A DNA stretch of 61,198 nt, counting the filler, from Sphacelaria rigidula (lineage: Eukaryota), in NCBI GenBank assembly GCA_964200075.2. It is 5 parts of 5 records of this genome, joined end to end, with 100 filler letters (N's around TTAATTAATTAA, not from the genome) between each part and the next. Parts side by side here need not be neighbours in the genome. Positions count along the whole stretch, not along the records: positions 12,261 to 24,420 come from CAXNAA020004066.1; positions 24,521 to 36,680 come from CAXNAA020004067.1; 3 more parts are not named here. One strand, given 5' to 3'. Shown here piece after piece: positions 22,791 through 35,440 of the stretch. A model generated the notes under the pieces. It saw only the letters and a list, made by a program, of their open reading frames with translations, was not told the DNA's origin and ran no database searches. The stretch's first letter is position 1, and the number at the start of each line of letters is the position of its first letter. A program made the position numbers and the translations under genes.

Positions 22791-24420
22791 CGAGGCGTTG
22801 ACATCCGCCAAACCCTCTTTCCGGGCGTATAACGACAGAGGAGGACCCATGAGGCAGTTTTCGACAGGATTTTGAACGGCTCCCATTAGAGTTGGGTGGT
22901 CGCAGCTTGGTTTTATGGTATCACTTGCGTTCAGTATAGCGTTCCCGAGATTTCCCGGGGGGGTTCGGGATCGCAAGTCTATATTAAAACGTAGTGATTA
23001 CACCAACACAGGGTGGAGCGGAAAAAAACGGGAAGGAGTGTACATGCTATAATGTGGTCATTTTCACGAGGTACTGAACCCAGCTGGGCCGTGGAAAGAC
23101 AAAAGGAGTTACCATCATGTATTCTGCTTATTTCTCTGCCGATGACTTGCAGTGTGCGGTTAACATGTACGGTAGTGGGCGGGGATGAAGAACCGGTATA
23201 TAGGCAATTGAACTCGGTAGCTGAGAACAACCCATAATGTGTAATTGAGTATGCAGCGGCAGCTGCTGCTGCAGTCGGAGAGGCGTACTGCATTGTACTG
23301 TACTATACTGTATGCGTGAGCGCCGCAACGCTGACATACCCTTCGAAGAGAATTTGCCGCATGTAACAAAGAGGGAAATGGCGGCCCACACTGACCACAA
23401 AGGGCTGTGTGGCAAGGTGATGAGGACAATGATATCATCCAAAGCCACAAGTGGCGGGCGGCCCGTCGGTCGCCGCATCCTGCCGGCAGCTCTCTACCGC
23501 GACCCATCAGATATACATTACCTAATGCGCACCGTGCACCTGGAAATAGATTGGATGAAACCTCCGGTCTTCCTCATAACCCTGCGGCTACATACGCGGA
23601 TTTTCAGCAACACGTTACTGTTTCGTGCAGACGCCAGACACGTCATTCTTAACGAGACTCATTGGTCGTTCTGGAGGCCCGGTCTCAAAGGGTTCAAGTT
23701 CGTTTTTAGCCTGGCACAGCTCATACTCGTTTCGTTCAATGTAAAGTACTGCAGATTTTGCAGTGGGCAGCTGGTACAAGCCTAGTACGTGCTAAGCACG
23801 TGTTTCTTCACTTGATTCTAAGCCAATAAATTGTTCTTATATCCCGCGAAAAATCTGGCCTCCGGCGCTACCCCCCCCCCCAGGCTGCCACACACACGGT
23901 CTGCGGTCGATCAGAAGCACTAGCGCAGAGACCTTACAACGATTCACATGACACACATACGCAGTTGGGTTGAGGATTAGGGTTGACATTATATATTATG
24001 TCTTCCCCTTGTTTAAAAAAGCCCCAAATGACCAGAATCCCCCTCGCCCCACATATATAGGACCAACTCTAATGGCAACGACTCTCGATTTTTTTAGACT
24101 CAAATTCGCAAACTCGAAATCGGGGGGATCTTTTTATGGTACAGAGAGTACCGTATCACAGATGTGTGAAACAGTTTTGTACAAAAGCGGTTATTTTCTG
24201 CATCAGAGTGGTACTGGGTACTCGTGCATGAAGCCGAAGAGCAGGCAGGCGGTGACTAATCCTTAGGGTACAGCGTCGCACCGCGGTACCCTAGGGTAAT
24301 ACAGTGCATGGCATTCCATCAGTACTGTACATGATGGCACAGTCGGTATTGCGACAAGAGGCCGCCGCGCCCCGGTGGTGTAATGGTCCGACTGTCGCCA
24401 TTAGGGTGGAGAGAACGGGG

Positions 24421-24520
24421 NNNNNNNNNNNNNNNNNNNNNNNNNNNNNNNNNNNNNNNNNNNNTTAATTAATTAANNNNNNNNNNNNNNNNNNNNNNNN
24501 NNNNNNNNNNNNNNNNNNNN
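24421..24520. other. Artificial contig linker
   Basis: N44-TTAATTAATTAA-N44. Confidence 0.98.
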
Positions 24521-24760
24521 TAGGGTGGGGCGGGGCGAGATGTTCTCATGATCTTGCATACCGTAGTCATATGACCATTGACCTCAAATCGCAAAGCCGG
24601 GACGGAGGACGCCGGGTTTTCGACGGACAAGACTCGGGGGGTGGGTGAGGGGGCGCGGGGCGTACTCAGTTGTTGCTTGCCTTAGTCGTGTGACCATTGA
24701 CCACGCATCCCTTTCGAGACGGGGCGCGGGGCGCGGGGCGGGGGGCGGGGGGGGGGGGGA
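24521..24760 (-). mobile_element. Tandem 3' ends of retroposon family B (24541-24637) and family A (24650-24722) separated by G tracts
   Basis: Both terminal motifs are recognisable on the minus strand, and each is bounded by poly-G. Confidence 0.75.
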
Positions 24761-24868
24761 GTTCAAGTGTGACGTTACTACATTAATAACAAGAAAGGAA
24801 AAGAAAAATACACGGAATTTTCCTTTTGTGATATGCTTGTATTTTTTGTTCCTCTTGTGGTCCATCAC

Positions 24869-27800
24869 CTGTCGGTACCACTCTTTGATGGAGTTAAGGG
24901 TGTTCTTCCTAGACAGGTCGAACATGAAGAATATCGCCACCGCGTCGTTGCATACCTGAGAACAACACAACGAAACAGGGTGGGGGGGGGAAGGGGAAGA
25001 GAAATGAATAAAAAAAGAGACATAGATGAGCGAACAAGCGTACTGTCAGCATAAAACGAACACGCCATCGTGTCACACAATACACATACAAGTGAATGGA
25101 ACAACACGAGCACCGCACTTCACCTACTCACGTCAACTTTGTCCCCTGAGCACAGCACCAAGCTTCGTTGGTGTCAGCACGATCTCCCACTGACAGCCCC
25201 CGCCGAACAACCAAGGGTTAGGGGTAACTCCTAGACCGCGAGTGCAGGTTAGATGCTGAATCGGCATCAATATTAACTTGAAAAAAGTATGCGTGATCTA
25301 GATGGACTACCCTCGCGATTCAAGGGTTTAACCCTTACCCATACTTGTAGACCGCGAGGGTAGTTCATCTGTAGATTTGATGGATTGATTGTCGCACTTT
25401 AACTGACCCTCCAGGGGTCCATCCGTGGTCTCATGATAGACGTACCCGAGAAAAACGAAAATGAAACACGCTCTGAGAAAAAATCGACACAAATTTCACT
25501 TGAATAAAAGTATGCATGATCCGGATGGACTACCCTCGTGGTCTAAGGGTGAAGCCGGGGCTTCACCCTTTCAGCGTCAGGGTAGTTGACGATACGTGGA
25601 ATTGGGATCTTTTCACACCCTAGATGATGACAATAGCTTACATCGTCAGAAATTATACTGCTTACGGTGTCAACTATTGCGTCTATTGTAATAGAAATAT
25701 AATCCATACCGTACGCAGTACATTTTTTTACAATGCAATCCACTGTCCTCATCCAGGGTGTGAATGTTTCACTCTACTTTTCAGGTGCAAATGATGCTGA
25801 TTCCGCAAATCGCCCAACCCTGGCTGTCAGAAGGTTGACCAAAGAGAAAATTGAGGACGGCATTGTGACAATGACATTGATAACCAGAGTGACGAGCAGC
25901 CCATGCGTGGCAACCATTTTACATTCCCTTTCGCGTTCTCAGTTGAATAAATTGCACGTGTGGGCTGTTCGTTTTTGCTGACAGCATGCTTTCTTCAAAT
26001 GAAGGTGATGCCGATTCGACGGATGACCTACTCTCGCCGTCTAAGGGTTAGCCCTGAGCCTGCGAGGGTAGCCTGTCCATCTGGATCATGCATGCTTTCT
26101 TCAAGTGAAAATGATTCGGATGTAACAGATAACCTACTCTCGCCGTCCAAGGGTTGACCCCTTTGACCGCCGAGGTATATCATCTGTTGAATCGGCACCC
26201 CCAGATTTCGCTTGAAAAACTTAATACACGACCCAGATAGACAGGCCACCCTCGCTATCAACGGGTTGAACCCAAAGACTCCTGGTCTTTCATGCGAGCC
26301 AACGCGAGCGAGTGTGAGCTCAATTTTTCAACTGCAAAAAATGCCCGTAGTGCCGCACTGCAGTAACTCATCCCCCTTTACCACGCCCTCGACAATCGAA
26401 AACATTATCCAGAAGTGTTCTGCGCACAGTATCGAACATACTTGCCTATAGCAGTAGACAAAAGATTCGGGAATAAGAAATTAATTATTTGAATCGGGAT
26501 CGTCTTCGTTGGGAACGTTATAATAGTGAGTCAACAATGTTTTCGTGGAATTGAGAGCAGAGGATACGATTCATAGTGACAAGCCGTCAATAACGGAATT
26601 AAAAGTTCAAGTTCCGGAATGCCCCTCCACGAGGCCCGATACGCTCCCTGTAGTATCTTTCCACTGAAGCTCTTGATATCCGTTGAGTAGGGTATCGACG
26701 TGCAGGTGGAAAAACACGCCCGTGTTACAGGCAAAGAGCACACACAGAATGAAAAACTGGTCAAGTGTAAGCACATGATAAAATCCACTTTCCTCTCTAT
26801 CTCACACAAAAAAATTGTTGAGCCCCCGATGACCCACCGCGCACTTCAGCACCCAAGCAAGGAAGGGGCTAACGCTTTCACCGCCGTGGCGGGGCCATCA
26901 ACTGAATCGGCATGCATCACTTGACTTGAAAAATGAGTGCAACGAGGGCCGTGTCTGATCGAAACAATAAAATAAAAAAAAGCGGGAAGGGGAACGAGCG
27001 TCGCCGCAGCCATGGACCTGCCTGGCCATCAATCAACATGCTGCTTTTCGACGCTTGTTCTTTTCCTACTTATTTATATATTAATTTATTTTTGGTCTCG
27101 GTAAGACACGGTCTAGATTCAGGTCGTGTCTTAGACATTAGTTTTCGATCGAAAATGTGCGGTGGGAAGCAAAAATCTCGATCTGAGGCCATTTCTTCCG
27201 GTTCGTATTTCGTTTGGCTCGTATTTTCCACTTTTAGGACATTTGACAAGGTTTTTGACCCCCGAACAGGGAAAATCGCCACCACACGTCTTGGACACTT
27301 TGTATCACCTCACCGAGAGGAGCCTAGCCCACTTCTCCGATTCGCTCGGGTCGTAGATTTCGAGAGCGGCCTCTGGACAAAAATACGAGGAAAACATATA
27401 TTGCACAGTCTGTAGGTATTTTCACCCGTGTCCAAGACGTGTAGTGGCGATTTTCCCTGTTTGGGGGTCAAAAACCTTGTCAAATGTCCTACAAGTGGAA
27501 AATACGAGCCAAACAAAATACGAACCGGAAGAAACGACCTGATAGGTCGTAATTTCAACTATTGTCGAAACATTTCAAACGCAATTTTCGACGATGGTTA
27601 AAATTACGATATGTCAAACCGGGATTTTCGTTTTCCACCGCACATTTTCGATCGAAAACTGATGTGCTAAGACACGCCCTTTCACGGTCTACTGTAGACC
27701 ACGAATCAACTCGTGTTGAAAGGGTTAACCCCTTCACCCCGAGGGGTGGGTAGCGTATCTGCGTCATGCGTAAAATTTGAACAGCGAATATTGATTTCGA

Positions 27801-28896
27801 TTCAACCGATTTTTACCTACGCTGGCGGTCAACGGGTTGAGGTTGGTCGATTGATTGATTGTGGAACTTTCACTCAGCGCCTAGGGATCCAGGGGCTTAC
27901 CAAGTATACGTATATAAATACAGATGTAGATATCAAGATTGATACGGAGAAAGGAAAAACGGCAGCTTGATGCTTTCACACCAAGGACAAAAAAAAGAGT
28001 GCAAGCCTCCCCAACAGCGACACATACACATACACATACACACAACACTGTTATGGAGCAATATTTGACTTGCGGAATATTCACCCTATTGGTAACAATA
28101 ATGGAAGAGTGCTGATTTCAAGGTGCTGTTTTTTTACAACATATGGTTGATTGCAGCTTCGGAGGACCACTGTTTAGCGTGTTTTTCAGACCCGCGACCG
28201 CTTCCAACTGGCGGTGAATCGTGTATATACTGTACCGCACCTCAACCCTTGCACGTGTGGCGAGGGGATTTGTGTGTACTCGGCCACACTACCTCGTTAG
28301 TGTTAATGTGGCTTAGCACGCTCGCCAAGTGTTGGGCGGGTACGACCTGCGGATTGCAGCACAGCAATACTCAGGTGGGGTGCTCACCTATATGAATGTG
28401 TGTCGCAGTGCCACACGGGACTAGATATATAGAAAATATAGAGGTGGTGCTGATTTTTGTTGTATGAAATTCGGAGGCCGCGGTGCTGCTTTTTGCTGTA
28501 TGGACAAAGTTGAACATACTTGACCCGTTGCGTCCCCTTCTGATCCGACCGCACCGGGACGACATTTCTGGTGCGAGCATGACGTATGTCGGTGGATTCT
28601 TCTGTGGCCTTCCGCCGTAAAAATGGTTTGCTCTTGGTATTCTCTTTTCCCACCTGTTCTTCTTCGTTGGCGCTTGAAATAATGAGGCGTCTGGAGGGAC
28701 GGGAGGGAAGGGTTCCCCAAGGGTTCAATACACAAAACACCGAAACACAGATGGAGAAAATCCAACCTCCTTCTTCGCCTCACCAGCGGAAGCATGCTGA
28801 GGAATTCTCTTTGGCCCCCCAGATCCCAAATGCTGAACGTGATCTCCGTATTCCTCAGAGTGATCGTTTTCTCCATGAAGTTTACCCCTGCGGTTC

Positions 28897-28936
<40 letters not shown>

Positions 28937-31900
28937 GCAACAACATAAAACGAAAACGACGGAAGGCAACGACGACGACAGCAGTTCATATTTCGACATA
29001 TGAACACAAATGAACATGTCCACACGTCGAAGAGCTCATGAACTACATATTAATAAATATTACTTTTTTTTAACTATTATGGTGTACTGATCCGGATCAT
29101 GACCTGAAAAAACAGCTGATCTGGCCGCCTTTTCTTCATAATTGACTCTCCACAGCGCTGGGCGCCGTGCGCACCGAGTATCGCAAAGGTATTACAATAG
29201 CGCTTTGACTTCTCGGACCCCGCTGTCAAATATCTTGTGTCGTTGGACAACGGATCTGAGAGTCCTCTTCGACTACTTATTTTCAGGTAGCTCATCCGCT
29301 GTTCGACGTGTTGAAGTGAAGATCTGTGCAGTATACATCCCAAACTCTTGGTGCTATCAGAGGGCTGACATACAGTCAAGTACTGCTACGTGCACGATAC
29401 GCAAAATATCAAGCTTGTGTTCTGTAGGGTATGATATACCGACCGAAATTATTAATAGGGTATTTACACAAGTACAAAAAGAGGCGTTTTATATCGGCAA
29501 TGAGCATTCAACATAGATCTCGTGACATTGAGAGCCAAGTATTAAGTTGAGGGGGAAAACACAAGAAGAGACGAAGAAGCCCTGAAATTCAATTCATCGA
29601 CTGGGTTGCAACGCTGGAAACAAAGGCCAAGGATTGATTCGTACGGTACGAATCAATCACACCAAAATCAAGCGATTTCCAAACAAATTATTCATTCGTC
29701 CGACCCGTGCAATCGCTCCTCTCAATCTCCGAAAAAAGTGTTACTCATGGTTAATATCCCCATTCTGTTGGATGGTACGCACAGCTACGAGCTGGGCCGC
29801 CCAAGAAGCCACCAGGGATGTTGAAACGCATGTTATTCGCTCAATTTTGGATCGTTATCGACAAAATTTTGACACGATGTACAGGACGTATGTGCGAATA
29901 CCAAACCTTCCATGCCCTGTTCTTGTTATTCTTTCTTCGTGGCAATTTTGTTCTGAAAAATGTTCTGAAATGTTCCGTCAACAACTCACGGAGGAAACAA
30001 AATAAAAACAGGGGATGGAAGGTTTGGTACTCGCACATACGTCCTGTACATCGTGTCAAAATTTCATCAAAAATGATGCAAAATTGAGCGAAGAATATGC
30101 GTCATTCTGTCGTTACCCGGTTTCCATAGTATTTGGAGGTGGACCAGTTACGAAACATTTAAACGCATTTATGCTGTTCAATTTCAAGCTGTGTTCGATG
30201 AAAATTTCACACGATGTACAGGACGTATGTGCGAGTACCGAACCTTTCCTTCTATGTTTTTTGTTTTCGTTTTTTTGCGTGAGTTATTGTAAATTCTGTT
30301 CCGAAAAACTGTTGTGAAATGTTCTGTCGCCAGTAATTCACGGAGAAAAAAAACTCACGGGAGGAACGAAGGGGTGTTTGCACATGCGTCCTGTACATCA
30401 TGTCAAAATTTCATCGAAAACGACAGAGTTTTGAGCTCGGGAATTGCGCTACAGCTCGTGTGGCAACACGCGGCACCAAACTGCCTGTAACCGAAAATCC
30501 AATCTCAGCCGTTTTCTTTTGGCTAATTCCGCCGCACATAGTACCCTCGACTCTCTACACTTTTGCACTTGACTGCCGTACAGTTTGGTATTTCGTTTGA
30601 TGGGGCCTTGTCGGATCGCAGTGCTACATGGATTTGAAGACGCGCGCTGATTTGCCGATTACCACGATGTGTCATAGTAGGCACAACACGCGATACATTG
30701 TCAATTATAACGGGCTGAAGGATGTTAGGTTCTTTGGCGGCCCAGCCTGTACAGTATTATAGCCCATCGACCGCTCCTCATAGATGTCTCCATCTTTTCA
30801 ACAGGCAAAGTCTTCACTTCAAAAACAACTGGAAACAAAAACGAGCTCGCCACCTTTCCCCCCCACCATACTCTTGATACATTCGGCCCCCGGAATGTAA
30901 CCCTTCCGAGACCGTTTATGGAAAAGTGACGGTTTACAAGCGCTCTCCTATGCGACTTTTCGTCACCGGGAAAAACGCCACTTCGAGTACGGCGCAGAAA
31001 TCTGTCAAATTTGTGTACTTGAACTGAGAGCAGTGCACCGTTTGGGTGGGCTGCATCACCAACACTTGTAGAAAAAACAAGCAAATATTGCCCAAAACAA
31101 CGTCAATTGTAAATCGTGACTCTTCCATGAACGGTTTCAAAAGGGTCGAAATAAAATGAACAAATGTTTTTCTTTCTTTTTGAACTCTTGTGTTACGTCA
31201 ACCCGAGCGAAACACAGCATCCCCTTTGAACCGCGATCTGCAACGAAATCCTGCGACTCCTAGTAGACAAACACAAAAAACGAAGAAAAAAGTCCGCCTC
31301 ACCTCATGCCGTCATGTATTTATTTCATCCCCGAACTTTACAACACGAAATACACATCAGATCAATGGTACATACGTCAAAACGTGAAAAAACATTTATA
31401 TATTCAAGTGCTATTATAGGGTCGTCCAAAAACAAAAGAAAAAACGGTGGCTCAGGCAGCTAGCTCCCTGTAGCAAACAAATAAAAACGCCCCGTAAGAA
31501 ATACCTTTGTGATCATTTTTCTTCGTTTTACCCCCTCAAAGAGAGCTTGGCAAAGCTTTACACCTTGGAATCACTTCGAGGGTCGGACAAATAATGATTC
31601 GTCTGGGAATTACTTGGTTTTAATATCATGAGTCGACTCGTGACGAATCAATCCCTAGGCGTCATTTCAGCGTCGCAACCCAGGNNNNNNNNNNCCTTTT
31701 GGGCAATCAGGCCGAAAAGATCGTGAATTTGGTGATTTTGAGTCGTGATGATTTGTCCTAACCGTGAATGACTTGCTCTACTCGTTGAGGCGGTTGCAGG
31801 ACATCTCCGCGTTGTCCGGGGGCCGCAGTTTTTACTTTGGCCAACGTTGCATCTCCGTCCAGAGACGATCAGGTCCAGAGAAACGTGACGGTTTTTCAAT

Positions 31901-33454
31901 ATTTGACCGCTTTTTACCATCAATGGACAAAAATACAAGTTTGACCGCCATAAAAACTGCGGCCAGCGGACAACGCGAAGATGTCCGGGAACTGTTTCAA
32001 CGAGTAGAAAAAATCATTTTAAGGTTTCAAACACCGCCAAGCTCTTTTGTAGGGCGTAAAACGACGAAAGAAGACAGAAAAAACGTTTCTCGCACGACGT
32101 TTTTGCTTGTTTGCTACAAGAAGCGGCCTTAGGGCCTGTCTCAGCACATGAGTTTTCGATCGAAAAAGTTCAGTGGAAAACAAAAATCCTAATCTGATAG
32201 GTGATGATTTCGACCGTCTTCGAAATACACGACGATGGATGAAATTACGACCTATCAGATCAGGACTTTTGCTTTCCACTGAACTTTTTGAATCGAAAAC
32301 CCATGTGCTAAAACAGGGCCTTAGGGTTCAAGGCAACAAATACATAATCTGACTTTTTTTTTTTCCCAACATTTTCTTCAACTTTTTTGCTTGGTTTCAG
32401 AATCTCTCGGAGTACGCACATGTGGACAGAATATCCAAGGTTTGTGTTATGTAGGGCATACGGACTGAAAGTATATTAGTGTATTCGCACGAGGGAAAAA
32501 ACGGGACATTTCGTCGGTGTATATCTACCCTGTCAAATTATACCGAATTGTTCGGAACGGGGCTCGAAGTATGGTATTTACAGAGGTATGCGTGTGAGAA
32601 GGATATTTTATCGGGAACCATTCTGGATTGTTCGGAACTGGTCCCCATACCCTGCCGGACCGACCACACCGAAATGCGTACCCCCAACATTCCAGTATGG
32701 TTTGGTACGCAAACCACAAACCCCCCACTTCCGGGTATAACCTACCAAGGTTCGGACAAATCATCGCCTGTTCGAATCACCAAATCTACGACTTTTTAGG
32801 GCTGGTGGATCGAAAGAGAGGACAAAGTTGCACACCCCGGACAAAAGATTACATTGTCAAAAAATGTACTGCGTACAGTATGATTGACCATTGCGATAGA
32901 TGCAACAGATGCAACAGTCGATACTATAGGCAGTGCCTATTTTGACAATGTGATCAATCACCATTGTCCGGGATGTGCAAAGTTGATCGTGAGACGACAG
33001 AGTCTCTACACAAATTTTGCGCCGTTCCACGTGCTTGGGGTGCGCGTACCTGGGCTGCAACGCTGACAACAACGCCCAAGGATTGCTTGATGCAGCACGA
33101 ATCAATTGCACTAGCATCAAGTAGTAATTTCTAGACGAATCATTATTCGTCCAACCCGAACACAACCTTGACAAAATAAAAAAAAAAAAAACGGACACCC
33201 TTGATATTCACTCTCAATCATAGGTTATTCCTTGCCTCAGATGACATACTGCATGAGCTTGAAACCACGTGACGCAGAAATGTTGATGCCGAGAACAAAA
33301 CAAGAAAAAACAGAAGATGAGAAAAAATCAGAAACGACAGTCCGTTTTATCACCTCTCACCTAGTGTCATGATGTATTCCTCGTCGAATTTATTTTCCAC
33401 GTATTTCACCATCAAAGTGGTTTTACCTACTTGGGCATCACCCACCATCCCAAC
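24869..33454 (-). CDS. SPG1: SPG1/TEM1-family small GTPase (septation initiation / mitotic exit network), partial; exons 33361-33454, 28784-28887, 24869-24955
   Basis: In-phase GT-AG splicing gives [95 protein letters not shown]. This has the P-loop, the TLGVNFMEK effector loop and the WDLGGQ..MLPLVCNDA signature of Spg1/Tem1. Confidence 0.95.
25210..26275. mobile_element. Cluster of short piggyBac-like MITEs
   Basis: Units of ~105-210 bp are bounded by CCCTT(A/G)GACCGCGAG / CTCGCG..AAGGG with TTAA-like junctions (25327, 26047, 26154). Related units at 47365-47686. Confidence 0.6.
27121..27680. mobile_element. Tourist-like MITE carrying a nested second MITE (27187-27539, ~110-bp TIRs, TGA duplication)
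   Basis: The outer element matches 21912-22092 when 27187-27542 is removed. TGA occurs at 27184-27186 and 27540-27542. Confidence 0.85.
28897..28943. repeat. (CAA)n microsatellite in the intron next to the SPG1 exon acceptor
   Basis: About 15 CAA units with one CAG. Confidence 0.95.
29835..30422. repeat. Two tandem long hairpin units (29835-30092, 30195-30422)
   Basis: GACACGATGTACAGGACGTATGTGCGAATACCAAACCTTCCAT pairs with ATGGAAGGTTTGGTACTCGCACATACGTCCTGTACATCGTGTC. The second unit is a diverged copy. Confidence 0.85.
32130..32323. mobile_element. Tourist/Harbinger-like MITE with TTA flanks
   Basis: TTA-GGGCCTGTCTCAGCACATG ... CATGTGCTAAAACAGGGCC-TTA. Confidence 0.8.
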
Positions 33455-33600
33455 CTGCACAACGATTTTTTTCCAAGGGAAGCGAGGAGGGGAGATGGAG
33501 AAAAAAAGTTGAAAAACACCTGCATGTATCAGTCATCATCTAGTCGTCGTGGCGCAACACATTCTTCCCTGTTTGGCCACCGAGACAGGTGGTGTCAAAT

Positions 33601-33900
33601 CAAAGGTTATGACATATATACATAGGTAGAATGCACTCGCTGGGATATTCGTCATCATTTGTGACACACAGATGGTGCAGTTGGGATTATTTGCATATAT
33701 ATTTTAGTATGGGACACAATCGGAACAGAAACAAGTCACGACCTATGTATACATGTCGTATATATATATATACATATATCCAACTGCACCGTCTGTGGGT
33801 CACAGACGACCTATTTTTTCTATTATTTTTATATATATTTTAGTATGGGACAATCGGAATATAAACAAGTGCACTACCTATGTATGTGTCATAACCTTTG
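33601..33900. mobile_element. hAT-type MITE, 8-bp TSD TGTCAAAT
   Basis: TIR CAAAGGTTATGACA..ACATAGGTAG / CTACCTATGT..TGTCATAACCTTTG. TSD at 33593-33600 and 33901-33908. Confidence 0.9.
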
Positions 33901-34166
33901 TGTCAAATCTGCACACCCTGAATAACGACAATATTTTACGTTTTTTCAGAGTGCCTGATTAGACGCCACACCTCATCTCGGAACACAATGACACCGGCTG
34001 ACCATCAACCATGGTAACCCCCCACTGCTAAGAACAAGCATTATATCTCCTCCCTAGTTACAAGCACCGATCTTCATGACAGCGCACACATAAAATTCCG
34101 CCTTCCCTCACCCCTGATGATGCATGCAAGTGTTTCTCCAGCGTAGCAGACGTGTTCACATATTTT

Positions 34167-34377
34167 CGAGGGCAGGTCGGGTCGGGTATACCCCATATTG
34201 TGGTCCTTTGATACGTTGCACATCACCTGCCCAAGTCAGTGACGATTTGTATGGGCTCTATTATAGAGAGAGGAACAAAAGCGCTGGGCCGGCTGCTGCA
34301 GCGGGCATGGGTCGGATCTCTGCATGTCAAAATACCAACAATATCGGGTATACCCTACCCTACCCGGCCTGCCCTTG
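34167..34377. mobile_element. hAT-type MITE, 8-bp TSD CATATTTT
   Basis: TIR CGAGGGCAGGTCGGGT / ACCCGGCCTGCCCTTG. TSD at 34159-34166 and 34378-34385. Confidence 0.88.
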
Positions 34378-34469
34378 CATATTTTAGATCACCGCGGGTA
34401 CATATGAGGGGGTTTGCGGTTGTTCTCAGGGGTACACCCAATATCTTGCACGCTGTATTCATGTAACCA

Positions 34470-34960
34470 TTCGCCTTGTTCTACAGGGGGAGGGGGTTTA
34501 TTTTTCAACTTTGGGACATTCGACACGGTTTATGACCCCCCGCAAACATAGAATATCGCCATCACATGTCTTGGACAGTTCGCATTACCTCACTGAGAGG
34601 AGTCTAGCCTACTTTTCCGATTCGCTTGGCTCTGAGATTTTCGAGAATGGCCTTCGGCGGACAAAAATTCAACAGGACACGTAATAATGTGAGCACGATA
34701 TGGGAAACATTGAAAGTTCACTACAGACACCGCATTTTTTCGTGCCCAGCGGGATTTTTGCTCAGGGCCATTCTCAAAACCTCAGAGTCAAGCGAATCAG
34801 AGAGTTAGACTAGACTCCTCTCTTCAAGGTGGTGCGAAATGTCCAAGACATGTAATGGCAATATTCCTTGTGTGGAGGACAAAAACCGTGTCAAATGCCC
34901 CAAAACTGAAAAATACCCCTTCCCCCCCCAGAAAAAAAAAATACAACCGTACAAAACGGT
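34470..34960. mobile_element. Long-TIR MITE related to 27187-27539
   Basis: Shared GACACGGTTT..CATGTCTTGGACA..GAGAGGAGTCTAG arms in inverted orientation. Confidence 0.7.
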
Positions 34961-35440
34961 CTGAGGCGCCAGACCTCTTCTTGGAATAAAATCACCGACT
35001 GATCTTCCAACGCCGGTGTAACCCCTGCTAAATAGCCGGGCAGCTCTGTTCTGTTTGCGATCACCCTTGCTGCAAAGATCAACCTACCTTGTGTACATCC
35101 TGTGGTCTCTAACCCCTTGCTTGTTGTCAAGCAATTTTTGAGATTCAACTAGACGTTTTTGACATATCCACCGACGGGGTCGGCGCTGAAGGGTCCAGGG
35201 GTTACATGGGGTTCAGATCGTGGCTTGCCGGGGCGAGATGCAAAAAAACTTCGAAAGAAGACTTGTACACACACGTATTATACACTTATTAACGCTGCTC
35301 ACAACGAGAAGTCCCCGCCCATGGAGACGATCGAATCACGATTTTTCACACCCGTAAGGGTCAGACCATCATTCACCATCACCCTTGGCCCTAGTTGCCG
35401 CTGCACAGCTATTTACGCGAAATTTTGAGGCGAAAGTTTT

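Noticed and set aside
20373-24869. Fusion or linkage of SPG1 GTPase and MFS transporter exons on the minus strand
   Set aside because: They are on different contigs, separated by the linker at 24421-24520.
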